DNA of 64,000 nucleotides from Carpediemonas membranifera BICM (GCA_019828565.1 JAHDYR010000005.1:1507992-1571991); one strand, 5' to 3'. Shown: positions 1 to 12,366, counted from the stretch's first letter. Program-made: numbers and translations. The notes: generated by a model from the letters alone, not told the origin.

Positions 1-3000
1 GTAATGGGTTGTAAAGGGAACTTACAGGTGCTCGACGTGCTTGGCGTCGCGACGGAAGATATCGGCGCGGGGGCATTCCTCGTAGTCCCAGATGTCGCCG
101 ACCTTCTTGACCATCGCCGTGTAGCCCGAGACCTCGAAGATGTGCTTGTTGTAGGGGATGTTGTACGAGGGCATGTAATGCTGGTTGACGAGGTGCTCGG
201 TAATGTCGCCCTCGGCGGTCTGGCCGGGAATCTGCTCGAGGTACCAGAGGAGGTTAGACGCGGGCTTCTTGCCGGGTGTGAGGAACTTGTAGTCGGCGAT
301 GAGCCACTGGTTGTTGTACGTGCCCGAGTTGAACTTCTTGAACGTGTTCACCCATGCCTCGCCGGACGTGGCGATGCGGTTGGTGAGAACCACGCGCATC
401 CAGACGAGGATGGATTCAGGCTTGGCGAGGTCGTACAGAGTGGTGTCGAACACCTCGTTCGTGGTCTCGAGGACAGCCAGGCCAGAGTCGAGGACGTACA
501 TGTCGTCGAAGGAGTTGAGGAAGCCGGGGTAGGACGAGAATGTGTACTTCTTGGTGGTCATGGCGTCGGCATGCTCTCCGTGGAGCCCAGAAAGGTCATA
601 GGACTTCAGGACTCTGGTCATAGAACCATAGTAAGGTAAGGTAAGTAGGTGGCGTGGCGCCGTGGAGCTGTGGAGCGTGCACTGTAATGTCCTATAACCA
701 CTCACAAGGCAGCGAAGCTACACACCGCGCCCGACGCAATCAGTCAGCATTTACTGGGAGGGGTACGTGACCCAGGGGTTTCTCCACGGGCCGTCTGGCA
801 GACCGCGGCGGGGGCACCACAGCGAGCTGGTGCTGAAGTCCCAGGGGGTCAGGCTCTGGTACGTGGGGGACAGCTGGGCGACCATCTTCAGGCCCTGGTT
901 CATCGCGAGGTCGTAGCTAGTCACCTTAGCGTCCATGGCGCCGAATGGTAGGGGGTTCTGGACGCGCATGTCGTACCGGGAGGCGATAGCGAAGCCGGCG
1001 TTGCCCTCAGAGAGGGGATCGTGCATCCAGTCGTTGGAGCGCATCAAACGGCCCATGTGGCCCCTGAGTAATGGGTTGTAAAGGGAACTTACAGGTGCTC
1101 GACGTGCTTGGCGTCGCGACGGAAGATATCGGCGCGGGGGCATTCCTCGTAGTCCCAGATGTCGCCGACCTTCTTGACCATCGCCGTGTAGCCCGAGACC
1201 TCGAAGATGTGCTTGTTGTAGGGGATGTTGTACGAGGGCATGTAATGCTGGTTGACGAGGTGCTCGGTAATGTCGCCCTCGGCGGTCTGGCCGGGAATCT
1301 GCTCGAGGTACCAGAGGAGGTTAGACGCGGGCTTCTTGCCGGGTGTGAGGAACTTGTAGTCGGCGATGAGCCACTGGTTGTTGTACGTGCCCGAGTTGAA
1401 CTTCTTGAACGTGTTCACCCATGCCTCGCCGGACGTGGCGATGCGGTTGGTGAGAACCACGCGCATCCAGACGAGGATGGATTCAGGCTTGGCGAGGTCG
1501 TACAGAGTGGTGTCGAACACCTCGTTCGTGGTCTCGAGGACAGCCAGGCCAGAGTCGAGGACGTACATGTCGTCGAAGGAGTTGAGGAAGCCGGGGTAGG
1601 ACGAGAATGTGTACTTCTTGGTGGTCATGGCGTCGGCATGCTCTCCGTGGAGCCCAGAAAGGTCATAGGACTTCAGGACTCTGGTCATAGAACCATAGTA
1701 AGGTAAGGTAAGTAGGTGGCGTGGCGCCGTGGAGCTGTGGAGCGTGCACTGTAATGTCCTATAACCACTCACAAGGCAGCGAAGCTACACACCGCGCCCG
1801 ACGCAATCAGTCAGCATTTACTGGGAGGGGTACGTGACCCAGGGGTTTCTCCACGGGCCGTCTGGCAGACCGCGGCGGGGGCACCACAGCGAGCTGGTGC
1901 TGAAGTCCCAGGGGGTCAGGCTCTGGTACGTGGGGGACAGCTGGGCGACCATCTTCAGGCCCTGGTTCATCGCGAGGTCGTAGCTAGTCACCTTAGCGTC
2001 CATGGCGCCGAATGGTAGGGGGTTCTGGACGCGCATGTCGTACCGGGAGGCGATAGCGAAGCCGGCGTTGCCCTCAGAGAGGGGATCGTGCATCCAGTCG
2101 TTGGAGCGCATCAAACGGCCCATGTGGCCCCTGAGTAATGGGTTGTAAAGGGAACTTACAGGTGCTCGACGTGCTTGGCGTCGCGACGGAAGATATCGGC
2201 GCGGGGGCATTCCTCGTAGTCCCAGATGTCGCCGACCTTCTTGACCATCGCCGTGTAGCCCGAGACCCTCGAAGATGTGCTTGTTGTAGGGGATGTTGTA
2301 CGAGGGCATGTAATGCTGGTTGACGAGGTGCTCGGTAATGTCGCCCTCGGCGGTCTGGCCGGGAATCTGCTCGAGGTACCAGAGGAGGTTAGACGCGGGC
2401 TTCTTGCCGGGTGTGAGGAACTTGTAGTCGGCGATGAGCCACTGGTTGTTGTACGTGCCCGAGTTGAACTTCTTGAACGTGTTCACCCATGCCTCGCCGG
2501 ACGTGGCGATGCGGTTGGTGAGAACCACGCGCATCCAGACGAGGATGGATTCAGGCTTGGCGAGGTCGTACAGAGTGGTGTCGAACACCTCGTTCGTGGT
2601 CTCGAGGACAGCCAGGCCAGAGTCGAGGACGTACATGTCGTCGAAGGAGTTGAGGAAGCCGGGGTAGGACGAGAATGTGTACTTCTTGGTGGTCATGGCG
2701 TCGGCATGCTCTCCGTGGAGCCCAGAAAGGTCATAGGACTTCAGGACTCTGGTCATAGAACCATAGTAAGGTAAGGTAAGTAGGTGGCGTGGCGCCGTGG
2801 AGCTGTGGAGCGTGCACTGTAATGTCCTATAACCACTCACAAGGCAGCGAAGCTACACACCGCGCCCGACGCAATCAGTCAGCATTTACTGGGAGGGGTA
2901 CGTGACCCAGGGGTTTCTCCACGGGCCGTCTGGCAGACCGCGGCGGGGGCACCACAGCGAGCTGGTGCTGAAGTCCCAGGGGGTCAGGCTCTGGTACGTG

Positions 3001-3833
3001 GGGGACAGCTGGGCGACCATCTTCAGGCCCTGGTTCATCGCGAGGTCGTAGCTAGTCACCTTAGCGTCCATGGCGCCGAATGGTAGGGGGTTCTGGACGC
3101 GCATGTCGTACCGGGAGGCGATAGCGAAGCCGGCGTTGCCCTCAGAGAGGGGATCGTGCATCCAGTCGTTGGAGCGCATCAAACGGCCCATGTGGCCCCT
3201 GAGTAATGGGTTGTAAAGGGAACTTACAGGTGCTCGACGTGCTTGGCGTCGCGACGGAAGATATCGGCGCGGGGGCATTCCTCGTAGTCCCAGATGTCGC
3301 CGACCTTCTTGACCATCGCCGTGTAGCCCGAGACCTCGAAGATGTGCTTGTTGTAGGGGATGTTGTACGAGGGCATGTAATGCTGGTTGACGAGGTGCTC
3401 GGTAATGTCGCCCTCGGCGGTCTGGCCGGGAATCTGCTCGAGGTACCAGAGGAGGTTAGACGCGGGCTTCTTGCCGGGTGTGAGGAACTTGTAGTCGGCG
3501 ATGAGCCACTGGTTGTTGTACGTGCCCGAGTTGAACTTCTTGAACGTGTTCACCCATGCCTCGCCGGACGTGGCGATGCGGTTGGTGAGAACCACGCGCA
3601 TCCAGACGAGGATGGATTCAGGCTTGGCGAGGTCGTACAGAGTGGTGTCGAACACCTCGTTCGTGGTCTCGAGGACAGCCAGGCCAGAGTCGAGGACGTA
3701 CATGTCGTCGAAGGAGTTGAGGAAGCCGGGGTAGGACGAGAATGTGTACTTCTTGGTGGTCATGGCGTCGGCATGCTCTCCGTGGAGCCCAGAAAGGTCA
3801 TAGGACTTCAGGACTCTGGTCATAGAACCATAG
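1..3833 (-). pseudogene. 5'-truncated copies of the phospholipase B-like gene
   Basis: Each copy starts at YGSMTRVLKSY, downstream of the SHCSG nucleophile motif. They lack the signal peptide and the catalytic Cys. Confidence 0.8.
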
Positions 3834-4900
3834 TAAGGTAAGGTAAGTAGGTGGCGTGGCGCCGTGGAGCTGTGGAGCGTGCACTGTAATGTCCTATAAC
3901 CACTCACAAGGCAGCGAAGCTACACACCGCGCCCGACGCAATCAGTCAGCATTTACTGGGAGGGGTACGTGACCCAGGGGTTTCTCCACGGGCCGTCTGG
4001 CAGACCGCGGCGGGGGCACCACAGCGAGCTGGTGCTGAAGTCCCAGGGGGTCAGGCTCTGGTACGTGGGGGACAGCTGGGCGACCATCTTCAGGCCCTGG
4101 TTCATCGCGAGGTCGTAGCTAGTCACCTTAGCGTCCATGGCGCCGAATGGTAGGGGGTTCTGGACGCGCATGTCGTACCGGGAGGCGATAGCGAAGCCGG
4201 CGTTGCCCTCAGAGAGGGGATCGTGCATCCAGTCGTTGGAGCGCATCAAACGGCCCATGTGGCCCCTGAGTAATGGGTTGTAAAGGGAACTTACAGGTGC
4301 TCGACGTGCTTGGCGTCGCGACGGAAGATATCGGCGCGGGGGCATTCCTCGTAGTCCCAGATGTCGCCGACCTTCTTGACCATCGCCGTGTAGCCCGAGA
4401 CCTCGAAGATGTGCTTGTTGTAGGGGATGTTGTACGAGGGCATGTAATGCTGGTTGACGAGGTGCTCGGTAATGTCGCCCTCGGCGGTCTGGCCGGGAAT
4501 CTGCTCGAGGTACCAGAGGAGGTTAGACGCGGGCTTCTTGCCGGGTGTGAGGAACTTGTAGTCGGCGATGAGCCACTGGTTGTTGTACGTGCCCGAGTTG
4601 AACTTCTTGAACGTGTTCACCCATGCCTCGCCGGACGTGGCGATGCGGTTGGTGAGAACCACGCGCATCCAGACGAGGATGGATTCAGGCTTGGCGAGGT
4701 CGTACAGAGTGGTGTCGAACACCTCGTTCGTGGTCTCGAGGACAGCCAGGCCAGAGTCGAGGACGTACATGTCGTCGAAGGAGTTGAGGAAGCCGGGGTA
4801 GGACGAGAATGTGTACTTCTTGGTGGTCATGGCGTCGGCATGCTCTCCGTGGAGCCCAGAAAGGTCATAGGACTTCAGGACTCTGGTCATAGAACCATAG
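1..4900. repeat. Tandem array of a 1067-bp unit (3' part of the phospholipase B-like gene plus 3' flank), about 4.6 copies in the window
   Basis: Units 1-631 (partial), 632-1698, 1699-2766 (1068 bp, one extra C), 2767-3833 and 3834-4900 give identical ORF translations. The junction is CATAGAACCATAG|TAAGGTAAGGTAAGTAGG, whereas the intact gene continues CATAG|AAAAACC at 4900. Confidence 0.97.
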
Positions 4901-5672
4901 AAAAACCATGCGACCTGGCTAAAGAACAGTTCTGAGTAGTCATCAGTCAAACGGACCAGGCCCGAGCAGTGAGAGTCGAGGATGAAGCGGTCAGTCATCT
5001 CTTCGTACGTGGCGTTGTTCCAGTCGAAGCGGGTCTCCTTCTTGACGATGTTGGCGATGTCCAGGAGGTCTCCCAGGCTGTGGTACATGAACCACATAGT
5101 CTCGTCGAGCTGCTGGTCAGCGGGGGCGGCAGCATTGTAGCCAGTGAGCATGGCGTCGACCTGGGTCAAGATCATCTTGACATTGATCCAGTACTGCTGG
5201 TTCTCGTCCATGGGGCCAGCAGAGTTGGCCATCTCAAGGTCGTTGGCGGCGATTTGCTTGCGGAGCCAGGCGATGTTGTTATCAATGTAGTCCAGAGCCT
5301 CCTTGGGCACGGTCTTGGCCTTGAAGTAGTCGAAGAGGAACCAATCGAGGCTGTTCTGGAGATGGTTCCACAGACGGGTGTGGATGAGGTAGCCTTCGAC
5401 TGTGTGAGAAATATGAAGGGTTAAAACAGACGATAGCCGAGGCCAGCAAGCTGGACCTCCCAGTCATAGTAAGGGTTCACAGTGAAGTGCATGCGATCCC
5501 AACCATCCTCGAGGTAGGTGTTGTTGTAGTCGATAAAAGCAGCGCAAATGCCAAACGAGCCTTCGTGGACATCGAAGCCGTCGTCGTTAGCATGAGGGGC
5601 TGCGCAGTACATCTTAGCCTCAACGGCAAAAACACATGCGAATACTAGCAGTATAGCAGCAGAAACACGCAT
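3953..5672 (-). CDS. Phospholipase B-like (PLBD/LAMA family Ntn-hydrolase), 552 aa; exons 5672-5432, 5399-4295, 4265-3953
   Basis: Signal peptide MRVSAAILLVFACVFAVEA. Motifs GYLEGYL, DSHCSGLVRL, FSSYPG, NSGTYNNQW, SYNIP, FRRD, IASRYD, DAKVT. Two GT..AG introns (5431-5400, 4294-4266) restore the frame. Confidence 0.9.
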
Positions 5673-5807
5673 TTGTGGCAGGTGGTAGGTGCAGTTTTAG
5701 ATTGAGCCGACGTTGACGACCCATGACTGCCGCCACAATGACAGAAAATGAAACACCTCACATTTAAGTGGAATAGAGTAGCATGCCATCTTTCTGTTAT
5801 ACATCTC

Positions 5808-7358
5808 TCAAACGGCGTCGCTCGAGTCGGTGAGTGTCGACGACGACGCCATTGGCCCAGTGAGCGGGTTGGGCCGAGCAGAGCCCTCGCCGAGACTGCG
5901 CTGCTTCACCGCCTGCCTGTGCTTTGATCTCTCTCTGTTCCTCAGCCGCTTCGTCTTGAGGCGGGACATGGCCTCTTTGATGAGCGACCAGCCTCCCATT
6001 CTTCCAAATTTGATTAAATAAAATACGGTGCAGATTATGGACTGGAAGCCGGCGATCATCATTATAATCGACCCGCACGCGGCAATGTCGTACAGCAGCT
6101 GGGACGTGAGAGGGTAGTGGGCGTGGGCGTAGTAGAAGCCCACAGACGAGAGGGCGAAGATGAGTGGGACGGGGATGAGGCAGCTGGAGACCGCGACGCC
6201 GATGATGAGCGTCGGGACGAGCCATTGGTAGCCGCGGGCGAGTGCTTCGAGTATGATCTTGACGACAGGGTAGAGGGCGAGGTAGATGGCGCCCTTCTCA
6301 AGGATGCCGATGATGATCTCAATCGTGCCCTCGCACTCGAGAAGTACGGCCTCAGACCCAATTTCATAAGGCGCGAAAGCAAGAGTAAACGCGTCCGTCG
6401 CGTCTGCGAGCAGAGGAGTGCTGCGGTTGACGTCAAACAGAGGAACCCGGTCGGGCCGCATGAACTTGAGGCCCTCTACGTCTGGCCTGAAGTCTGTGCG
6501 CATGTCCCACGCATCCCTGACGACCTGGGTGATCGCGGTAGGGATAGTCATGCTGATATTCGCGAAATCGGATCGAATTTCTACATCTGATTGGGAAATC
6601 ATCATCAGATCTCGTCTACCGATCTCATCAGTTGTCTCAGTGTTCCCGTAGAAGGGGAAGCCCGAGCTGTAGTCGCGGTAGCGGGACTGGAGCTTCACGT
6701 GGTCGATGGTCTCAATGTGGAGGGCGCTGAGCGGCAGCGTAAGTGGGTCGGCTGAGTACAAGAGCCAGTGTGAGTCTGCCACGAAGTTGATGGCCACTGA
6801 GTCGACTGAAATGGTGGATACGTTCGTTCCAACGTTCCAAGCGTCTATAAGAGTGCGGGCGGCGTCCTTGTCGAGGAAGCCGTCATCAGTGTTGACATAG
6901 ATGGTCACCTCAACGTCCAGCCCGAACGATAGCTCGTACAGGTCCAGCGAGCCGAGCGTCTGCACCTGGGCGCAGGTTCTTGTCGACGCGAGCTCGGCCG
7001 TGATGGAAAAGTAGAAGCTGACGATGAGAATGAAGAAAATAATAAGCACAGCGGCACCAGAGGCTGTGTTCTTGCGCTTGATCAACTCTTTCATTCGTGG
7101 ATTGCGGGATGTCACTGCGCCAAGGGAAGGAATCTCGTCAGCATAGTTTTCGACGAAATCGGTGGAAAGGCTGAGAATTCTGAAGAACCCACCGAGTAGC
7201 GGGCTGCAGCAGATAAAGTTGCAAGGCGTGAGGCCGTAAAGGACGCACTGGAAGATAATGAGAACGAAAAACGCAGCGAGACAGAAGCCGATCGAGTAAT
7301 AGTGGATTCCATCGAGCTCTAAGGCGGAAAAGAACTCAAGTGACACTCGCTCATCCAT
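5808..7358 (-). CDS. Multi-pass membrane protein of unknown function
   Basis: Long ORF, likely start MDERVSLEF. Hydrophobic segments at the N-terminus and several at the C-terminus. Confidence 0.7.
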   Translation of the reverse strand: MDERVSLEFFSALELDGIHYYSIGFCLAAFFVLIIFQCVLYGLTPCNFICCSPLLGGFFRILSLSTDFVENYADEIPSLGAVTSRNPRMKELIKRKNTASGAAVLIIFFILIVSFYFSITAELASTRTCAQVQTLGSLDLYELSFGLDVEVTIYVNTDDGFLDKDAARTLIDAWNVGTNVSTISVDSVAINFVADSHWLLYSADPLTLPLSALHIETIDHVKLQSRYRDYSSGFPFYGNTETTDEIGRRDLMMISQSDVEIRSDFANISMTIPTAITQVVRDAWDMRTDFRPDVEGLKFMRPDRVPLFDVNRSTPLLADATDAFTLAFAPYEIGSEAVLLECEGTIEIIIGILEKGAIYLALYPVVKIILEALARGYQWLVPTLIIGVAVSSCLIPVPLIFALSSVGFYYAHAHYPLTSQLLYDIAACGSIIMMIAGFQSIICTVFYLIKFGRMGGWSLIKEAMSRLKTKRLRNRERSKHRQAVKQRSLGEGSARPNPLTGPMASSSTLTDSSDAV

Positions 7359-7702
7359 CCTTGACGTGCGAGACAAGAATGAGCGGCTATTGTTGGCCGA
7401 GACGAGACGAAATCGTGCACAAAAGATTTTGACGGCCAAGGATCTAGAAAATCGGGTCGCGGCGAGGTTGGATCGGGGACACCAAGGCTGTGGGGCAATA
7501 TTTATTTGATAGGTAGAGTTGGTCGAGCGATTATCTTTAATTCCAGGGCATTGGTTGACGATCATTGACCAATCCGAGGCTAATCAACCGCCGGCCAATT
7601 GACGACTAAAAAAGTAGCCCTTGCATACTCAGCTGCGGGTCTATGCCCGTCCAATGCGCCGCCTTTAAGGCCTTTACTACTGGAATGATGAGGGCTCCGG
7701 AG

Positions 7703-8086
7703 TCATCTCTTGGCCTTCTTTCCGGTCAAGACGTCCTTAGCCTCGTTGATCTTCGAGGCGAGGAGGGAGGATCCGCCGCGGTCGGGATGGTTGGTCATGA
7801 GCATCTTCTTGTGGCGTGTGGAAATTTCTTTGTGTGACGCAGAACGTGGAACTCCGAGGATCAAAGCGGCTTCTCCCTTGTTCATTTCATTGTAAAAGTC
7901 GCCACGGTAGGAGCGCGGTACTGAAAACTTCGTTAGTGAGGCGTAAAGGGGACAAACTGAGATGGATTGGGCCGGTAGCACTGAAGAAACAGTGCTAATC
8001 GTCAGTAAGCTGGCAGATGCTACTGCTATACCAGTAGCTATCGCTGCAACACGAGGATACCTCGAAGCAGCGGCCAGAAGAGACAT
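7703..8086 (-). CDS. PAM18: Mitochondrial/MRO import motor J-protein Pam18/Tim14 (DNAJC19-like)
   Basis: TM segment followed by FYNEMNKGEAALILG, HKKMLMTNHPDRGGS and LASKINEAKDVL, the Pam18 J-domain signature. Confidence 0.9.
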   Translation of the reverse strand: MSLLAAASRYPRVAAIATGIAVASASLLTISTVSSVLPAQSISVCPLYASLTKFSVPRSYRGDFYNEMNKGEAALILGVPRSASHKEISTRHKKMLMTNHPDRGGSSLLASKINEAKDVLTGKKAKR

Positions 8087-8256
8087 TGCTGCAATGCTTC
8101 GAAATGAGGCAGCCCAAAACCCGGGTCCACGAAAGCAGACAACAGGCAGTTGAGGACTATAGCCTGCCGCTCGGCGTCGTTGTGCGCAGCTAGGCAGGCG
8201 CGGCCAATCAATTCGCAGTTTATGTTTTCCAGTTTGACAACCAACAAGCCCAACGA

Positions 8257-9264
8257 ATGGAAGCCGAACGGGAAGCGATTCGTGATATAGAAATCTGTAT
8301 TGATACAAAGCAGCGGGAACTGAAGTGTGAGCAGCTTATAGAGAAGGCCAAGGAGGAGAACAAGTCGTTCCTTCGCGCTAAGGCCACAACCATGCTCCTC
8401 GGCGAATATTTCGAGCAAAAGAGGTATAGAGATGCCCTCGCTCTTGCGGATACGCTCATCCCCTTCCTCAAGCGGATCGAGCACAAGCAATTGATCATCG
8501 AGGCATCGCTAATCCATGCCAAGGTGTTCCACGCCGTCCAGGACCTCCCCAAGGCCAAGGGCGCTCTTATTCTTTCCCAGGCTGCAGCGAGTGACATCTA
8601 TGTGAAGCCTGAGTTGCAATCAAAGCTCGATCACACCGGTGGCATCCTCTGCTGTGACGGCAACGACTATCAGGTGGCATTCTCCTATTTCTTCGAATCA
8701 TTCTTCAACTTGATCAAAATAGACACTGATCGGGCCCAGGAAGAGCTCATGAACCTTCTAATCTGCAAGGTCATGGCCTCACAGCACTCAGAGATCCCTC
8801 TTCTTCTTGGAAGAAAGGAACTTGCGCCCTTCGTCGGACCTGCTACAGAGACCATTCTGGACATCTCAGAGTGCGTCCAGAAGCACCAGCTGCATGATTT
8901 CAGGAGCCTGCTTGAGACTCGCAAGCAGTACCTTTCCGGTGACGTTGTGCAGCAGGCCCTCGGTCGCCTCCAAGTCATTATTGTTGAGCGGTACATCACA
9001 AGGGTACTCTCTGCCTACTGCCGCATCGAGATGTCCTTCCTCGCCGAGCTCACGGGCCTCGAACTTGAATTTATCCACCAGACTGTGAGAACGATGATTC
9101 TCGACGGAAAGCTGCTCGGATCAATCGAGGAGGACAGTGGACACGTAACCCTGCAGCACAAGGAGGTGCGTACAGATCTCCATGTGGCTGCAACCGAGGT
9201 TCTCTCAAAGATGAAGGTTGCGGTTGGTCAGCTTGATTCAAAGGTCGCTGATTGGAGAACGTAA
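8257..9264 (+). CDS. RPN6: 26S proteasome lid subunit Rpn6/PSMD11 (short, divergent)
   Basis: KAKGAL, GGILCCD..DYQVAFSYFFESF, and C-terminal PCI domain (YCRIEMSFLAEL..MILDGKLLGSI). Confidence 0.88.
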   Translation: MEAEREAIRDIEICIDTKQRELKCEQLIEKAKEENKSFLRAKATTMLLGEYFEQKRYRDALALADTLIPFLKRIEHKQLIIEASLIHAKVFHAVQDLPKAKGALILSQAAASDIYVKPELQSKLDHTGGILCCDGNDYQVAFSYFFESFFNLIKIDTDRAQEELMNLLICKVMASQHSEIPLLLGRKELAPFVGPATETILDISECVQKHQLHDFRSLLETRKQYLSGDVVQQALGRLQVIIVERYITRVLSAYCRIEMSFLAELTGLELEFIHQTVRTMILDGKLLGSIEEDSGHVTLQHKEVRTDLHVAATEVLSKMKVAVGQLDSKVADWRT

Positions 9265-9325
9265 CGATGAGGGTGTAAAAGAGAGAGATTCAGTGGTTTA
9301 TTGTCCCAAGATGACAACATCCATC

Positions 9326-10805
9326 TCACATCTTCTTCAGCGTCGCTGCGAGTTCTGCCAGTTTTGCCCTGAGATCATCAACATGGTCAGCCTCCATGCC
9401 GTGGAGGTCAACGAGTGTCCGGCTCCGGTCAAGAACAGTCTTAACATCAAGCAGGGCCTCCTGCATGCCAGAGTCGAGGCATAGCGCCCCAGTACCAGTT
9501 GTCGTCTGCGAAAGGACAAGCTTGTCAGAAGGAACTCCGCGACGAGGAGGAGCCCTGAAGAAGGCGGGGAAGCTGATGGGAACGGAGTCTGTCCGACGCA
9601 GGTTGACCTCGGCAAACCGGTTGGAAGCAATCGCCTCCTTCAGGTTGAGATAGCGGCGGAAGTCGTCGCTGATGTCCTCGGGGAGCACAGAGATACGGCC
9701 GACTACGGAGTGAACCTTGCTGCCCACGGTACCGAAGCAGGAGGGGAAGAAATCGGTCCATTTGTCCGCCTTGCCGGTTACTAGACCGGTGGAGTCGAGT
9801 GCAGTTTTAGGCAATCCGACCATTCCGAGCGGACGGAGGAAAGAAAAGGGGATCTTGCTAAACGGATCAGTTCCGACCACTGCCATCTCTGACACAATCT
9901 GCTTGAGTGTATATCCAACCATCGCCGATGTGTGGTAAAGACTTCCGTCTGGCACGACATCTTCACCGTGGTTTCCCGTAGTGAAAGGCACGACCTTAAC
10001 CTGTCTAAGGTGTGCCATGGTTCCCCATGTAGCAGCCTGGGCGATGGCGTTGACCGGCCCACTGGGCTGTCCGATGTCGTAGAGGAAGACGGGTGTCTTA
10101 GGGAACTCGTCGACGACGTATTCAGAGACGACTTCAGACACAGCACCGCCCCATGCACTGCTGCACTGTGCTATGAACTGAAAGGCGTTGGGAGTGCCCG
10201 ACTTGTCAGCCTGGAGACGAATGAAGTCCTCAACGCCCTCAGTGATGGCACCCTTTGCTGCCACCTCACCAGCAACAAAAGAGTCGAATATAAAATTTGA
10301 CTCAGAGTCAACCCGCGCGTACTTCCACTCAGACAGGGCCGTTGTAGCACCAGGGTCCATGTGAACAGCCAGAAAGTCGGCCCAGGACTCAACTTCACTT
10401 GAGTCACACATCGTGGTCTGATCTATCGCCCCAGAGAGGAAGGCTTGGCGGAAGTTGGACTGGGTCCCAGCCGTGCGGTAGTCTTCGTATGCCTGGTCGG
10501 GGGCTGGGCGCGGGGGGTGGGCCTCGAGAACAAAGCGGGTCATGTTTGCTGGATAAGAAGAGGTTATGGGCATACAAACACTTCAGATCCGCTAGGTATG
10601 AGCGAGGAACTTCAGAATACTTGTCGGAATTGGTGAATGTCCACTTTGCGAAGGGATCTACATCCATGGCACGGAGAGGAGCCTTGCTCTGCGAGCTATG
10701 CGGACGATTGGCATCGATCGCATCCAACGAAGCAAAGTTCCACATGTGCGTGGCAACATAGTTCGCCTTATCCCCAAACTGACACGTAACGGCGCTCTCT
10801 GCCAT
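9326..10805 (-). CDS. Misato/DML1 (MSTO1) tubulin-like protein; intron 10579-10549
   Basis: N-terminal VTCQFGDKANYVATHMWNF, then PRSYLADLK and FQFIAQCSSAWGG. A 31-nt GTTTGT..CAG intron joins the two ORFs in frame. Confidence 0.82.
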
Positions 10806-10888
10806 CGTGGTCAAAACTGACAAAACCCACCAACCCATCAATCCGCAAATCCCCCGCATACAGTCCAGCAATGCGGTATTTACTGCAG

Positions 10889-12019
10889 CTAATTATCACC
10901 CTGGAACACTACGATCTCCCTCAGCATGTACCAGACCCCCAAGAACACGACGAGGATGCAGAGCAGCCACATGATACTGCTCGGGGAGATCATCCTTGGC
11001 GCATCGACCGCCCTATACACCGCCACGCCTCTATCCATCGCAGTGACTGCCAGCTTCGGGTCAGGGCCGGGTGCCCATGCCAGTGCTGTGACTGGGGCGG
11101 AGAACGCCTGGACTTCGTGTATGGGGCGGGCGGAGGAGGAGAGGAGGAGCACCTTGCCGTCGTTGGTGCCGGCAGCGATGAACTCGTCGCTCACGGCCAT
11201 GGAGGAGACGGCGAACGGGGCAATTTTGCGGGAGAAGACCTCGTTGAGGGCGCTGTCGAACTTAAACACGTATGCCGCCCGCCCGTTCATGTCATTCGCT
11301 ACTGCGTACACGTGGGCGCCGACCATACGGATGATTCTCCAGTGTGTGCCCTTGATGCGGGGCTCCAGGCCCTTGATCATCTCGACAGAGACGGAGGCGG
11401 TGGTGTTGCCCTTCTTCTCCATGGATACGGTCACATCATACCGCCGGACCTCCTTCCTGCATGCGGCGAAGAGCTGTGTGCCGTGATCGTTCATGGCGAG
11501 GCTGGTAATCATCCCGGGGAGCTTGTCGGACGCCTGGATCGTGCTTCCGGCCTTGGAGACGAATATATGGCCATCCTCCATGCCTACAGCGTACACACCG
11601 GCCTTGGACACGGCCAGAGTCTTCTGAAAGATTTCTTTGCCCGATTCCGTGGTAAACGCGGTCTGTTTCGACCGCCGGGGATGCGGCCTGAAGTTGAGCT
11701 CGCCGGATTCTGGCAGTACAGTGAGGGTAGCCGCCATAGTCTGGTGGAAAGTGCCGAGAACGATGGGAAACGTGTTCTCACTAACTGGCTCGATTCCTGC
11801 ATGAAGAGAGTAAGGCAGCTCGTCATCTACGGCACATTTCGTAAGCAATACCTTGTCTGTTGCAAAATCAAGGAAGTATATCCTGTTGGGAACCTCTGTG
11901 GATGCGCCTCCGCCTCCGCCAACAAGTAACTTGTCTTCAGAGACCCAGAGGGCCGAATACAAGGGCACATCAACAGTTTGACGTGTTAAATTAAAGAGAC
12001 TGACCTTCTTTCTCGGCAT
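10889..12019 (-). CDS. SEC12: Sec12/PREB-like WD40 Sar1 GEF with C-terminal TM anchor
   Basis: LLVGGGGGASTEVPNRI K-loop motif, WD-like repeats and a C-terminal hydrophobic helix. Confidence 0.75.
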   Translation of the reverse strand: MPRKKVSLFNLTRQTVDVPLYSALWVSEDKLLVGGGGGASTEVPNRIYFLDFATDKVLLTKCAVDDELPYSLHAGIEPVSENTFPIVLGTFHQTMAATLTVLPESGELNFRPHPRRSKQTAFTTESGKEIFQKTLAVSKAGVYAVGMEDGHIFVSKAGSTIQASDKLPGMITSLAMNDHGTQLFAACRKEVRRYDVTVSMEKKGNTTASVSVEMIKGLEPRIKGTHWRIIRMVGAHVYAVANDMNGRAAYVFKFDSALNEVFSRKIAPFAVSSMAVSDEFIAAGTNDGKVLLLSSSARPIHEVQAFSAPVTALAWAPGPDPKLAVTAMDRGVAVYRAVDAPRMISPSSIMWLLCILVVFLGVWYMLREIVVFQGDN

Positions 12020-12366
12020 TGCAAGCGTGTTGCTAGTATGCAAAGCTTCTAGAAGTGTTGGTCAAATCTGGCAAATGAAAGAAAGGGGGATTCTCAGGGG
12101 CCTTTGGGAAGAACCGTTGCCGTCACACGGATTATAGACCTCAGTTTACCCTGCTGTTCCATTTGTTGAGTTTACTAAATGTGAGTACAGCCAATCAATT
12201 TCACGCGCGCAAATTCTATGAGCGAAATCTGTGGCTTGTACATTTCGTTGGCTGAAGACTCCGGAGCCGATAGTTAGGTGAACGTGCCTGCAATCTGCCA
12301 TAATCTGCACTGAACTTTTTTCTGTGCACAAAAAGTTCATTGAAAGAAGGGAGCTAAACACAGCCA

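Noticed and set aside
632-649. TAAGGTAAGGTAAGTAGG as a telomere
   Set aside because: Only about three imperfect units, internal to the repeat unit.
1818-2840. 340-aa ORF seemingly fusing both PLB exons
   Set aside because: Caused by one extra C in that repeat copy; the middle is out of frame and reads through the intron.
4-4935. Repeated 211-220 aa plus-strand ORFs (MGCKGNLQV...)
   Set aside because: Antisense shadows of the GC3-rich phospholipase B frame, with no motifs.
10871-11929. 352-aa plus-strand ORF opposite Sec12, and similar antisense ORFs in the host block
   Set aside because: Shadow ORFs caused by high GC3.
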